A DNA stretch of 64,000 nt from the human T2T-CHM13v2.0 reference genome, Homo sapiens (GCF_009914755.1 NC_060936.1); one strand, 5' to 3'. Positions 37,671-62,634 are shown, counted from the first letter of the stretch. A program made the numbers and translations. The notes: generated from the sequence alone by a model not told the origin.

Positions 37671-39333
37671 AAATGGCCCTAGAGTTCAAGTTCTCTCAGA
37701 AGCCCCATGGAAGAATGGGCTGGCAGTAGGGACTGTGTGCCCACTCTGGACAAAGCACTGGGAATCCCACTGTGGACACAACACACAGAAACCTCCAAGA
37801 GTTCACAGTCTAGTGAAGAAAAGAGACAATAAACTGGCAAGTACAATGCAGTGTGATAAACACCAAGATAAGGCCTCAGAGAAAGGGCTCCTAAGTCCAA
37901 CTAGGGCAAATGTCAGGAAACACTTCCCCCAGGAAGCCAAACTGAGATCTGATGGACAAGTAGGAATCAGCCAAGAAAAGGTGAGGATGGGTTCCCAGGC
38001 AAACGGAGCATGTTCCAAAGCCCAGATCGGCAGCCGCAGCATGTTAGAAATATAAATTATCAAGCCTCACCCCAAAACACCTAGATCAGAAACTGCGGGA
38101 GAGCAGCAGCCCTTTGTGTTTTATTTATTTATTTTTAACAAATCAGCAATTATTTAACTTTTTTTTTAAGAGATGGGGGTTGGGGGGGGGGTCTCACTCT
38201 GATGTCCTGGACAGTCTTGAACTCCTGACTTCAAGTGATCCTCCCACCTCAGCCTCCCAAAGTGCTGGGATTACAGGAATGATTCATTATACCTGGCCCA
38301 GCATCTGTGTGTTAGCGAGCCCTCCAGGTGATTCTGACGCCCATTCAAGACTGACAGGTGTCCGGGTGTGAGTGTGCCTGCTCAGGCCTGTAATCCCAGG
38401 GCTTTGGGAGGCTGAGGTGGGCGGATCACTTGAATCCAGGAGACTGAAGCTGCAGTGAGCCACAATTGTGACACTGCACTCCAGCCTGGGCAGCAGAGAT
38501 ACCCTGTCTCTCTTTTTGTTTGTTTAAGGTAAAAAACTGTTTTTTTCTTTTTTAGAGATGGTGGAGGGGCGGCGGGTTGGGGTGGGGGGTCTCACTATGT
38601 TGCCCAGGCTGGTCTTTGAACTCCTGGACTCAAGCATTCCACTCAGACCCACCTCGGGCTCGCAAAGTGGTGGGATTACAGGCGTGAGCTGCCACGCCCA
38701 GCCAACCCTGACTCATAAAAAAAGACCGACAGGTGCTAACGGGCATTAGACTGTCACTAGGTAACAAGAAGCAAATGCAACCCATTTTGCTGAGAAGTTT
38801 CACAATTGTCCAGCCCCCTCCACAATCAAGACCCAATACAAAGAGGCTGCAGGAATAGGAAGATGGGCAGAACCTGTTGGGGTGATAAAAATGATGAATT
38901 AGTGGTGATGGCTGTATAACCCTGGACTACACTAAAATCCCCTGGGTGGTACACTTAAAAAGGGTGAATTTTGTGGCATGTAAATTATATCTGAATAAAG
39001 CTGTTATAGAAAAAATAAACTGCCACTTGCCCCTGGCAATCCTTCCCATTTAAGTGAAAGAGTAATCATTATCTGTATTTGGCCTCTTGTCTGGTTAGAA
39101 GGGGCTCCCTTTTAAAGATCTGAAGCCAGCCTAGAGCCCCAGGAAGTTCTGATTCTCTCACCATTTTGGCCACACCATTCCCAAGACTTTTCAGCCAAGT
39201 CAGGATGAAAACAAACGAACAAACAAACAAAACACCAAATTTTAAAAACTAAGCCACTTGCTGAAAGGTGGAGAATGCCATCTAATGACAGAGATTCCAA
39301 AACAGCAAGAAATGCTTCTGAGCAATCACTTTA

Positions 39334-39471
<138 letters not shown>

Positions 39472-39474
39472 TTA

Positions 39475-39790
<316 letters not shown>

Positions 39791-41488
39791 TTATTTACTT
39801 TTTTTTTGAGATGAAGTCTCGCTCTGTTGCCTAGGCTGGAGTGCAAGGCGTAATTTCGGCTCACTGCAACCTCTGCCTTTGGGTTCAAGCAATTCTCCCG
39901 CCTCAGTCTTCTGAGTAGCTGGGATTACAGGCACCCGCCATCATGCCCCGCTAAGTTTTTGTATTTTTGTAGAGACAGGGTTTCACTGTGTTGGCCAGGC
40001 TGGTCTTGAACTCCTGACCTCAGGTGATCTGCCCACTTCGGCCTCCAAAAGGGCTGGGATTACAGGCGGGAGCCACCGCACCCAGCCAAGAATTATTTTT
40101 AAATTATTAGGATTGGGAACCCAAATTATCCAGTGGCAACCGCCACAATGGAAAGGAAGATGAACTTCAGAGTTACAGATGCAACATGTGTTCATGCAAC
40201 CTGCAGACCTGCCCCTTGCCTAACTCCTTGGCAAAGAAATAAAGGAACAGTGGCTTGGAAAAAAGCCGTGGTGAAACTTTAGTCTTGGAACTTGAGCTAA
40301 CATTGTTTTCTCCTCCAAGGCATAGAATGACATGATCACAAAAGAAACCATTTGAAGACATTTCACTTCTCCTGGTTTGGCTTACTCCGTTCTTTTTTAA
40401 ACCACTGTATCTGAAGGTGCCCTTGGAGATCATCTAGTCCAGAGATGTGGCTGCCCTGTGGGCTGGGTTGAAGATGAGATTGAGTCCTGGTTCAGTGGAA
40501 AAGAACACAGTCATCGATTTAGTGATGTCTGACATAGACATGGAAGGGGTAGTTCTTGCCTGGCAGTCCTAAACCTCCTCACTTTACTACTGAGAAAATT
40601 GAGATTTAGGAAGATTAAGTTATCACTTAAAGTCCCAAGCAAATCACTGGGAGATGTGGGATTGTCACTCAGGTCACGTTACTCTGGTCTCCTGCACCAG
40701 ACAGGATGCAATGATAAAATATAGTAACAAGTTTAGAAGTCATTCATATGGTGTCCAGAGGGTCCTTCTTGCCCCCCAACCTTAAATGTACAATAGAGAA
40801 CCGAAGAGGGAGTAATATAAACTCCCTGATGCTGCCCATGTATTATTATTTACAGAGTAGGAGTTATACCCAAACATTTATTTATTTTTTTAAAGCAACT
40901 TTTCCCAAGAATAACCTAGGATTTACAATCCGGGGTAGCTAGTGGATGCATATAAGTTGTCTGGCATTGAATGTCAGGAGAAAAATTTTTTTCCCCAAAA
41001 ACTCCCAACTTAAAAAACAAACACACAACAAAAATACACCAAGCTCAGGAAGCCCCCTGGCATCATACACAAAGGTGAAGCAGGTCTGGGCATCAAAATA
41101 GCTGGGCAAAGGCCCAACACGGTGGCTCACACCCATAATCCCAACACTTTGGGAGGCCGAGACAGGAGGATCGCTTGGGTCCAGGAGTTTAAGACCAGCC
41201 TGGGCTCAAGCGATTGTAGAGACCGTCTCTACAAAAAAATTTTAGAAATTAGCTAGGCGTGGTGGTGCACGCCTGTAGTCCCAGCTACTTGTAGGCTGAG
41301 GTGGGAGGATCAGTGCAGTGATTGCACCACTGCACTCCAGCCTGGGCAACAGAGCGAGAGCCTGGCTCGAAAAAAATAGCTGGCCATAGCAGTGGAGATA
41401 GGTTCCCCATGGGGCGGGTGGCAGTCAGCCTGAAAGCCAGGTCATTCCAGCAGGATGACTTCATCCCAGGGTTCTTCTCACTTCCCAG

Positions 41489-41890
41489 GTTCCTGGTGTT
41501 CATCGTGCAGGAAACACTGCAAACAGCTGGGGAGATGGGAATACTTGACAACCACCTTTCACGTCCAGAGATGACCAACTAGGAACTGTCCTCCCCCATC
41601 ACCCACACCCCAGCACAGTGATTACTCAGCCAAATGCCTGCAGGGCCAGCAGGTAACACCCATGACTGAAGGTGGCGGGGCAAATATTACAACAGGGAGA
41701 GGTGGAACAAATTTGGGCTCATATGCCCTAGATAAGAGGATGACCACTGCCCAATTCCAACTGGGAAAGCAGGCCCCGTGTTGCCAGACCTTCAGATTTT
41801 TCCAGATAAACTGGAAATCTAGAGATGTTATTGTTTTTAAATGGTTGGTTAAAAAAAAAAATGCAAAATAAAATTGTATGAGCCTAATAA
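41489..41890 (+). ncRNA. Candidate terminal exon of the same antisense transcript (VSIG10 intron 1)
   Basis: ttcttctcacttcccag| acceptor at 41487-41488, unique sequence, AATAAA at 41867-41872. The 3' end is approximate. Confidence 0.45.
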
Positions 41891-42339
41891 TTAGGAACTC
41901 TTGGCACTTGCTGCTAAGAAGCTCCAGCATACTTTACAACCCATCTCCAGAAACGTGCAAGAGGAGACCCGTTGGGTGGAGCAGACCCGGGAACACAAAA
42001 AGTAGCGCTCTGCCTGCATCCTGGCAAACTTCACCACCTCCTGGCTCCATCTCCTCTCCCTGCACCCCAGCCTCCTCCCAGCTTGTCACACTCCCAGCAC
42101 ACAGTAGGCATGCACAGTAGGCATGCTGGTGAATTAAATTCAAATATATATAAATAGTTCAATCTTTTTACATTCTACATATTTTTGTAAGCACCCCTCC
42201 AATTCTTTTTTCGTAGCAAAGCAGACCATAGATGAAGCATTTCAGACCTTTTGTCAATCATGTCAAGTGTGAGGGGAAGTCTTTTGTAAGTCAGCCAAGT
42301 ATTTCAAAATAAAAAGCTTTTCCAAAAGTAAAGGCGGAA

Positions 42340-43600
42340 GACCCCGCTTTGAAGGCGCTGGTCGGCACAGGAAGACTTGCAAAGGTGTGTAGGGAAGTCC
42401 ACCGGTTACAGGTGTAAGGCGAGTTCAACCTTGGGCAGAGGGAGGAGAAAAATAAAGTGGGAGTCTCGAGTTTGAGCACCAGCGTATCAGTTACTACTAA
42501 AACCAGAACGCGAATTTACATCCGACGCTTAAAAAAAAAAATCACTTTCCCGGCACACGTGCCTCTTTACTTTGCCCCCGCACGTCGGCTCGGCTCCTCT
42601 GCAGCCTCACCGGCTGCCCACCCCAGGAGGCTGGGGGTATCTCGCCCCGCACCGGGCGCCCGGGAAAACTCCTTCCTGCAAAGACGGCCGAGCTGCGAGC
42701 AGGAAACCAAGACCCTCCTGGGGCAGCTTCTAGGCTGGGGCCACCACGGATCCGGGCGGAGTCGGAGGGAATTGGGTCTCTCGCTGTCCCCTCCCCACCG
42801 CTGACTGGGAAAACTCAACTTTTCCCTCCAGATCGCGGCCCCTTACCTACGGCGACCCAGCCGGCCAGGAGCGCCCCGAGGCAGACGAGGACGCGGGGCT
42901 CGGGCGCACTGCCGCCTGCGGCCATCTCGCCCCAGATCCCGGCTCAGGAAACGCAGGCTCGGGCTGGGCTGGACGTGTGTGCCCCAGGGCCCCGGGGCCC
43001 GGGGTACCGAGGGCTCCTCCCAGGTCCTCGGAACGGCAGAGTGGCCCCACTTCCTCGGCCCCCAGGAAGGATGCTTGGCTGAGCCGAGTGTCCAGGGCCG
43101 GCAGCGGAGCTCGGCTGCAGGCTCGGGTCCCCGCTCCCGAGCGCCCTGGCCGGGGAGGGAGGGCGCACCCCGCCCCCTGCGCCCGCCAGCCTACTCCTGC
43201 CGGCGGAAAACAACAGGAGCGGGATCCCTCCCGCCTCCCAGCCAGGCGGGAGCCCAACTTCCTCTACCTTGGCCCGGGAGGAGGGCTTTCTGCCGAGGGC
43301 GCGCCGAGCCGGGTCCCGCCGGGCCAGGGGCGGGGCGCGGAGGCTGGGCCCTCCCCAGTCCACTCCGCCCGGGACAGCAGTACCGAGTCGCGGGGACAGC
43401 GGGCGGGACGGAGCCCTGCAGCTGCCGCAGGACGCAACCCCCGCCGCTGCCCCGGGCTGCAGAACCCGGAGGAAGCGGTTGCCAAGCTGCAGAACGCAGG
43501 ACCCCCCTGGCAGTCCCCGCTGAGCGTCTCGAGGGATTCCGGTCTGTGTCCCTGGGCGCAGGGCGGGCGCCAAGGCCGCCATCGCTTCCTTTCCTTACCC
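42340..43600. promoter_or_regulatory. VSIG10 CpG-island promoter, 5'UTR and start of intron 1
   Basis: High CpG density around the ATG. Contains a GC box (GGGCGGGGC, ~43327-43336) and a CACGTG E-box (42556-42561). Confidence 0.85.
42847..42925 (-). CDS. VSIG10: VSIG10 exon 1 coding part, signal peptide MAAGGSAPEPRVLVCLGALLAGWVAV
   Basis: GAGATGG Kozak context at 42925 and a GTAAGG donor at 42846-42845. 79 nt, phase 1, with a hydrophobic leader. The nine exons sum to 1617 nt (538 aa + stop). Confidence 0.93.
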
Positions 43601-43950
43601 TCTGCAAAAGGGAGCCAGAGAAAGATGATCCCCTGACTTTCAGCCAAAGCAGCCACGAGACTCCGGTTCTCCAGTGAACTGGCTGGGACCACACAGTGAC
43701 AGCGAGAGCCAAGGAGTCCCCAGGACGTGTTTCTCAAGAGTTTTGTTTTTGCTTTTCCCCTTTTAGTTCTCCCACCCCTTACCCAGTCAGATTCCCAGGC
43801 TAAGCTCCTCTCTTCCCTGCCATGCCCTCATCCCATTCTGTCCTGGGGAAAATGCGGCTTTGATATCCTCAGGAAGAGCCATCCATAAAACAGCCCTAGG
43901 AGAAACTTCCTGTTTCAAATAATAATAATATGGCAGGGCGTGGTGGCTCA

Positions 43951-46294
<2,344 letters not shown>

Positions 46295-46765
46295 GGAATT
46301 TTTTTTTTTTTTTTTTTTTAGACAGAGTCTCCCTATATCATCCAGGCTGAAGTGCAGTGGTGTAATCATACCTCACTGCAGCCTCAACCTCCTAGGCTTA
46401 AGTCAATCCTCCCAGAGTGCTGGAATTACAGGCATGAGCCACTGCACCCAACTTGGTTCTTGCTTTTCATGTTTGACCTTGTGGAGATCCTATACTAACC
46501 AGACCTGTTTCCTGTATCCTCAGTACCTGCCAGCTAGTTGCCATTCTAATATACATTTGTTGAGTAAACAAATGAGAATTGATTAGTTTTGATATTGTAG
46601 TTCCTCAGCTTTTCTGGCAAACACCTTACATCCTCACCTGCAATAAACAAGCGGTAAATAAAATCAGTAACTGGGCCAGGCAAGGTGGCTCATGCCTATA
46701 ATCCCAGCACTCAGGAAAGCCAAGGTGGGCAGATCCCTTGAGGTCAGGAGTTCGAGACCAGCCTA

Positions 46766-47499
<734 letters not shown>

Positions 47500-47900
47500 T
47501 GAGCAACCTACAGCTCTGGGAGGTTAACTCTGAGTCACACAGCCGGCTGGCTGGTGGTAAAGCCACGACTGACTGTGTGACTGCAACTCCAGCCCCACAA
47601 AGTTGCACATTTGTCACATGTGCAAAGGCTGCCAGGGCTAAGGGGACATGCATCTGAATGCTCTGTGTGTCACTGGATGATCAGACACCAGCCTTCACCT
47701 GAGCAGAGCTGGCCTGGAAAACACCACCCTCTTTGTTTTGACTGCAGGGGCTCAAGCCAGCCCTGAGTCAGAAGCTGTGTAAGGAGCTGCCCTGATGTCC
47801 ACTTGCATTTCAGGTCACTCTGGACAGTAGAAAGTACCCTGCCTAGAACAATGTTCAGTGAGTTGGGAGTTTTGCATGGGGTCCCCAGCAATGTAGGGTC
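47500..47900. promoter_or_regulatory. Candidate AP-1 enhancer upstream of VSIG10
   Basis: Unique island between Alus, with TGAGTCA at 47531-47537 and 47764-47770 and a GTCACATGTG E-box at ~47613. Confidence 0.4.
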
Positions 47901-48260
47901 CTTTTAGAGCCCAAGTTTCCCTATCAGCAAAATAGACCTAATATTTATCTCATGGGATGTTGTAAAGATAAACTAGGTTGGGCTTTGAGGCCTAGGCTGG
48001 AAGACTTCTTGAGGCCAAGAGCTTGAGACCACCATGGGGCAACATGGCAAGACCCCCATGTCTCAAAAAAAAAAATTTTTTTTTTAATTAGCCAGGGCCA
48101 GATGCAGTAGCTCACACCCATAATCTTGGCACTTTGGGAGGCTGAGGCTGGAGGATCACTTGAGCTCAGGAGTTCAAGATCACCCTGAGCAACATAGTGA
48201 AACCTTGTCTCTACAGATTTTTTTAACTTAGCCAGGCATAGTGGCACACCTATAGTCCTA

Positions 48261-48431
<171 letters not shown>

Positions 48432-48484
48432 TCAACAAAAATCTAAGGCATGGTTTTGGAGCCTGTCATTTGATATGCCACTGA

Positions 48485-48967
<483 letters not shown>

Positions 48968-49206
48968 TAGTGATGTGGGGTGGGTCTCACTAATGTTGCC
49001 CAGGCTGATCTCAAATTCCTGGGCTCAAGCAATCCTCTTGCCTTGGCTTCCCAAAGTGCTGGGTTTATAAGGCTGAGCCACTGCACCCAGCCTGATTCAC
49101 TTTTTAATTCAAAAAAACCAATGGAGTATCTCCATCCTCTGTTTTCTAAATGTGTCACTTTTTTTTCCTCATTATTCTTTCACTTTACAGTTTTCTTCTG
49201 CATTAA

Positions 49207-49443
<237 letters not shown>

Positions 49444-50229
49444 TGATCCACCCGCCTCGGCCTCCCAAAGTGCTAGGATTACAGGTGTAAGCCACCACGC
49501 CCGGCCCTAAAATAATTTTTAATTGTGGTAACATTAACATAACATAAAATCTATCATCTAGACGATTTTTTTTTTTTTTTTGAGACTGAATCTCACTCTG
49601 TCGCCCAGGCTGCAGTGCAATGGCATGATCTCGGCTCCCTGCAACCTCCGCCTCCCAGGTTCAAGCAATTCTCCCTGCGTCAGCCTCCTGAGTAGCTGGG
49701 ATGACAGGCGCAGACCCCGCACCACACCCGATTAATTTTTGTATTTTTAGTAGAGACGGGGTTTTGCCATGTTAGCCAGGTCTCAAACTCCTGACCTCAG
49801 GTGATCGCCCAACTCAGCCTCCCAAAGTGCTGGGACTACAGGCAGGAGTGACCACGCCCAGCTAAGCCCACTTCTTAAAGGGAGGAGAGCAAAGAATTGA
49901 TGGAAAAATATATGTCTGTGAAAGAACTAATGTAGGCTGGGCACGTTGGCAGATGCCTGTAATCTCAGCACTTCAGGAAGCTAAGGCAGTCATCAGGAGT
50001 TCAAAACCAGCCTGGGCAACATGGCTAAACCCTGTCTCTACCAAAAAAAAAAAAAAAAGGGCCAGGCACAGTGGCTCACGCCTGTAATCCCAGCACTTTC
50101 GGAGGCTAAGGTGGGTGGATCATGAGGTAGGGAGTTCAAGACCAGCCAGACCAACACAGTAAAACTCTGTTTCTACTAAAGATACAAAAATTAGCCAGAC
50201 ACAGTGGTATGTGCCTGTAATCCCAGCTA

Positions 50230-50331
<102 letters not shown>

Positions 50332-50595
50332 TCAGCCAAAAAAAAAAAATTCAAAAATTAGTTGGGCATGGTGGTGTGTGCCTGTTGTTCCAGCTACTTG
50401 GGAGGCTGAGGCAGGAGGATCGCTTGAGCCCTGGGAAGTGGAGGTTGCTGTGAGCCAAGATCGTGCCTCTGCACTCCAGCCTGGGCAATGGAGCCAGACC
50501 TTGTGTCAAAAAAAAAAAAAAAAAATTGATCAGGCCAGGCGTGGTGGCTCACACCTGTAATCCCAGCACTTTGGGAGGCTGAGGTGGGCAGATCA

Positions 50596-50884
<289 letters not shown>

Positions 50885-51671
50885 TCACCTGGGTCAGGAG
50901 TTCGAGACCAGCCTGGCCAACATGGTGAAACCCCGTCTCTACTAAGAGTACAAAAATTAGCCGAGCATGGCAGCGGGTGCCTGTAATCCCAGTTACTCAG
51001 GAGGCTGAGGCAGGAGAATAGCTTGAACCCAGGAGGCGGAGGTTGCGGTGACCCGAGATTGCGCCACTGCACTCCAGCCTGGGCAACAAGAGCAAGACTC
51101 CATCTCAAAAAATAAATAAATAAATATTTTTTATTAGATGATTATTTCTGTGTCTTGTCTAATAAACTTTTGCCTACCTGCAGGTCACAGAGATACGCTA
51201 CTGTGTTTTTCTAGAATTTGTATGGCTTATTTTATTTTATTTTTTGTAATTTGAGACAGAGGAGTCTGTTGCCAGGCTGGAGTGCAGTGCACAATTTCGG
51301 CTCACTACAACTTCCGCCTTCTGGGTTCAAGCGAGTCTCCTGCCTCAGCCTCCCAAGTAGCTGGGACTACAGGCACATGCCACCATGCCCAGATAATTTT
51401 TGTATTTTTAGTAGAGACAGGGTTTCACCATGTTGGCCAGAATGGTCTCGATCTCTTGACCTCATGATCTGCCCGCCTCAGCCTCCCAAAGTGCTGGGAT
51501 TACAGGCGTGAGCCACTGCGCCCGGCCATATGGCTTAAGTTTTATCATTAGGTATGTAATCCTATATAAAATTTTTTTTTTTTGAGATGGAGTTTCACTC
51601 TTGTTGCCCAGGCTGGAGCGCAGTGGCGTGATCTCCGCTCACTGCAACCTCCGCCTCCTGGGTTCAAGTAA

Positions 51672-52507
<836 letters not shown>

Positions 52508-53652
52508 ATAAATAAATAGATTATTAAAAATTTAAAAATTAGCCAGGCATAGTGGTGCATGCTTGTAGCTCTGACTACTCTGGAAGCTGAATCAGGAGGC
52601 TCACTTGAGCCCAGGAGTTCAAGACTTCAGTGAGCCATGATCATACTACCACACTCCAGCCTAGGCAATAGAGTGAGATCCTGTCTCAAAAGACAAAAAA
52701 CAGTAAGTGAAGCAAACAAACAAGAAAAAATCCAAGCAATTTATAGTGAAATTCTCCTTGAAAGAAAGCCTTTTGGCTGGGCGCGGTGGCTCACACCTGT
52801 AATCCCAGCACTTTGGGAGGCTATGGTGGGAGGATCACCTGAGGTCCAGGAGTTCGAGACCAGCCTGGCCAACATGGTGAAACGCTGTCTCTACTAAAAA
52901 TACAAAAAAATTAGCTGGGCGTGGTGGCGGGTGCCTGTAATCCCAGCTACTCGGGAGGGTGAGGCAGGAGAATCACTTCAACCTGAGAGCCGGAGGTTGC
53001 AGTGAGCCAAGAATGCATCATTGTGCTCCAGCCTGGGTGACAAGAGTGAAACTCTGTCTCAAAAAAAAGAAAAAAAAAATAGAGAAAGAAACCCTTTTGT
53101 CCACCCCAAACCCCTAGTCTTCTTCCCCAGTGACGAGCTGTCTCACCAACTTCCATAGACTACAGTCTTTACTGTTTACCTAATATGCCCCTGTCGGAAT
53201 ATCATACAGCCATTAACACTTGTGTTTTCCAGTTTTTTTTTTTTTTAGAGAGCTGGGGTCTCACTCTGTTGCCTAGGCTGGAGTGCCACGGCACACTTAT
53301 CAAACTCCTGGGCTCAAATGATCTTCCCACGTCAGCCTCCTGAGTAGTTGAGACTACAGACCCTCACCACCATGCCTGGCCAATTTTTAAAATTTGTAGA
53401 GATGGAGTCTCAGTATGTTGCCCAGGCTGGTCTCAAACTCCTGGGTCAAGCAATAATCTTACCTCAGCCTCCCAAAGTGTTGGGATTACAGGCATGAGCC
53501 ACTGCGCCTGGCAATTTGTATTTTTAAAGTTTATGTAACAATAAAGATCCCTCTATTGTGATTATCCAGATTTGTAACATTCAGTAAAAGTTTTTTTGAT
53601 AGCAGCTTTATTTTTATTTTATTTTATTTTGAGACAGAGTCTTCCTTCGTAG

Positions 53653-54029
<377 letters not shown>

Positions 54030-54079
54030 TAGATTTTCATCACTCCAGAAAGACACCCCATACCCTTTAGCTATCACCT

Positions 54080-54397
54080 TGCTATGGTTTGAATGTGTCC
54101 TCCAAAAGTTCATGTGTTGGAAACTCAGTCCCTCTACCCTCAAGAATGGATTAGTGTTGCCATCGTGGGAGTGGTTTTGTTATAAAAGCAAGCGCTCTCT
54201 GGCTCTCTTGCTCTTGTCCTCTTGCCATGTGATGCCCTCTGTTATGTTATGATACAGCAAGAAGGTCCTCACCAGATGCTTGTTCCATGCTCTTGGACTT
54301 CTCAGTCTCCAGAACCATGTACTAAATATACTTTTTTTCTTTATAAATTACCCTACCCAGTCTGTGGTATATATGCAACAGAAAACAGGCTAAGACA
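54080..54397 (+). mobile_element. MST-type MaLR solo LTR within an old L1M
   Basis: tgctatggtttgaatgtgtcc...gcaacagaaaacaggctaagaca termini. Confidence 0.7.
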
Positions 54398-54621
54398 CAC
54401 TCACAATTTCCCCACCCCCTCCAACCCCCAGCAATCATGAATCTACTTTCTGTCTCTATGGTTTTGCCTATTCCAGACATTTCATGTTAACAGAAGCAAG
54501 CAATATATGTTGTGACTGGCTTCTTTCACTTAACGCAATGTTCTCAAGGTTCATCTACATTGTAGCTTGTATCAATACTTCATTTCATTTTATGGCCAAA
54601 TTATATTCTGTTGTATGGAGA

Positions 54622-55556
<935 letters not shown>

Positions 55557-55856
55557 GAGATACCACCTTTTGTATATCCATTCATCTGTTGATTGATAGT
55601 CAATGAATATTGAAGCCATGAAGTGACTCAGAAACTGGGGCACCTCTTTCCTAAAGTCTTCCACTCCCTACCCATTATCCCACCTCTAGAAAGAAATTGA
55701 TTTTGCTTCCCTTGCTTGCCTTACTGTGAACAGAGTGACATTTTTAAAAGCCTACCTCTCTTTATTTACAGTGGGGTTTCTGTGCCTGTGGTCCCAGCTA
55801 CTCAGGAGGCTGAGGTGGGAGGAGTGCTTGAGCCTGGGAGATGGAGGTTGTAGTGA

Positions 55857-56201
<345 letters not shown>

Positions 56202-56396
56202 TGATCCTCCCGCCTCAGCCTCCCAAAATGCTGGGATTACAAGCATGAGCCACCACACCCGACCTAAAGTGGCCAATGCACCTGGCTGGAATTTAGTCAA
56301 GCAATACTTTATGCCATTATTTTTTTCTTTTTTCAACAGTTTTAGTCAAACTATTTTGGATGTGTAGTTGGAATTCCCAATTTCTTAGGGTCCCAG

Positions 56397-57936
<1,540 letters not shown>

Positions 57937-58023
57937 TTATCGTTTTACAGGTGAGGAAGCTGAGGCTCAGGGAAGTGAAATAACTTTCCAGATAAAGTCA
58001 TAGCCTCAAGTCCATGTTTATAA

Positions 58024-58298
<275 letters not shown>

Positions 58299-58301
58299 TG
58301 A

Positions 58302-58491
<190 letters not shown>

Positions 58492-58915
58492 TGAGATTAC
58501 AGGCGTGTGCCACCATGCCCGGCTAATTTTTGTATTTTTAGTAGAGACAGGGTTATACCATGTTGGCCAGGCTGGTCTCGAACTCCTGACCTCAGGTGAT
58601 CCACCCGCCTCAGCCTCCCAAAGTGCTGGGTTTACAGGCATGTCACCATGTGTGGCCAGTAGTTGTTCTTAAACTGGAGTTGGGGGTTACGGAGATTAAG
58701 AACTTTCTGATAAGCCTGGGCAACATGGTTAGACCCATCTTTACAATAAATTATAAAATTAGCTGGGTGTGGTGGTGCGTTCCTGTGGTCCCAGCTATTC
58801 AGGAGGCTAAGGTGGGAGGATCACTTGAGCCCAGGAATTCGAGGCTGCAGTGAGCTATGATCACACCACTGCCCTCTAGCTGGGCAACAGAACAAGACCG
58901 TCTCTGCTGGACGAG

Positions 58916-60183
<1,268 letters not shown>

Positions 60184-60192
60184 AAACAAAAA

Positions 60193-60303
60193 AGCCAATC
60201 CTGCTGGTCTAAACTGGAATTCTAAACTGGGTCAGTCTGGCCCAGGAAGTGGGGCGGGGGGGCGGGGTGACTCACTTACAAACTGGAATCACCAGGTGGC
60301 GCT
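60193..60303 (+). promoter_or_regulatory. Compact enhancer/insulator or promoter-like module
   Basis: AGCCAATC 60193-60200, CAGGAAGT 60243-60250, two GGGGCGGGG boxes 60251-60267, TGACTCA 60268-60274 and the CTCF-like TCACCAGGTGGCGCT 60289-60303. Confidence 0.7.
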
Positions 60304-61106
60304 CTCGGCCCTGAACAGAATCTGGGTTCCACAGCCAAGGTCATCTCAGGGATAATAGTTGGTGCAAGCTTCATGGAACTCCAAAAATTTCAGAGATTAT
60401 TGGTTCAACGAATAACCTTCACCTTCCAGAGGAGGAAAAGTGTCCCAGAGTTGTTAAACAGTTTGCTCAAGGTCACAGCTCATGGACAAAGGCAGGGCTC
60501 ACCCGCTTGTCCAATCCTGATATTTCTAAAATGTATCACATATAGCTCCCAGACCCATTCAACAAAGCACAGTATGCACCATGCAGTATTTTCTTGTGAT
60601 AATTCAAAGAATGAACTTTTGTGTATGAATATCGGGAACATTGGTGTCTGTCCTGTGCTATCTGTGGGAACTAGATAGATTAGAGGACCTTTATCCCACA
60701 CACAAAATGCTCTGGACTACTGTTTCTTTGTTCCAACAGCTACCTACATTTTTGTTAATTCCTCCGAGGGGTGAGGCACTGTGCAGAGGTTTTGGTCCTT
60801 CTATTGGTCAGGTTTGTTTATGTTTCTCTGTGTCTTTAGGAAGAGATATTTTTCCATTCTCTGAGCTTCAGTTTATGGCAGTCAGTAAAAGTTGCCAGCA
60901 GGGAGGAGATAATAAATAATTGATAATTATTAATATAAATACACTTCTTGACATATTAGCAGCCAACAAACAGGAAAAAATGCTCAACATCATTCATCAT
61001 CAGAGAAATGTAAATCAAAACCACAATAAGGCTGGCTGGCTCACGCCTGTAATCCTGGCACTTTGGGAGGTTGGGGTGGGAGGATGGTTTGAGGCCAGGA
61101 GTTTGA

Positions 61107-61395
<289 letters not shown>

Positions 61396-61914
61396 TGAGT
61401 CACCACGCTCGGCCGCAAATAATTTTTGTTGCTGGCCTGTTTCTGTTCAAAATTCTGCAGCCATAGATTTATTCTTTTGGCTAAACATTGTGCTTCCTGG
61501 ATTTATTTTAATTTTAATTTAATTTTTATTTTTAATTATTTATTTATAATTTTTTTTTTCAGACAGGGTCTTGCTCTCTCGCCCAGGCTGGAGTCCAGTG
61601 GTGTGACCCCAGTTCATTGCAACATCCGCCTCCCAGTTTCAAGCAATCCTCCTGCCTCAGCCTCCTGAGAGGCTGGGATTACAGGCGCCCTCCACCACGC
61701 CCAGCTTATTTTTGTATTTTGGTAGAGATGGGTTTTTGCCATGTTGCTCAGGCTGGTCCCAAACTCCTGACCCCAAGCGGTCCACCTGCCTTGGCCTCCC
61801 AAGTGCTGGGATTACAGGCGTGAGCCACCATGCCTGGCCTAGTTTTATTTTTTTAAAGAGGAAGTCTCTGGAGGAGGCAGCACACTAAATTACTTCAGGA
61901 TAAACAGTTCTTAG

Positions 61915-62634
<720 letters not shown>

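Noticed and set aside
37222-38055. 277-aa plus-strand ORF with (SASPSL)n
   Set aside because: Its length is inflated by the stop-free VNTR. The remainder runs through old repeat-like sequence with no domain or splice support.
42847-43737. Overlapping 136-232 aa ORFs in the VSIG10 CpG island, including the ATG-initiated 43582-42944 ORF
   Set aside because: GC-driven open frames on both strands. The 136-aa ORF starts at TTG, and ATG 43582 probably lies upstream of the main TSS, which I cannot place exactly.
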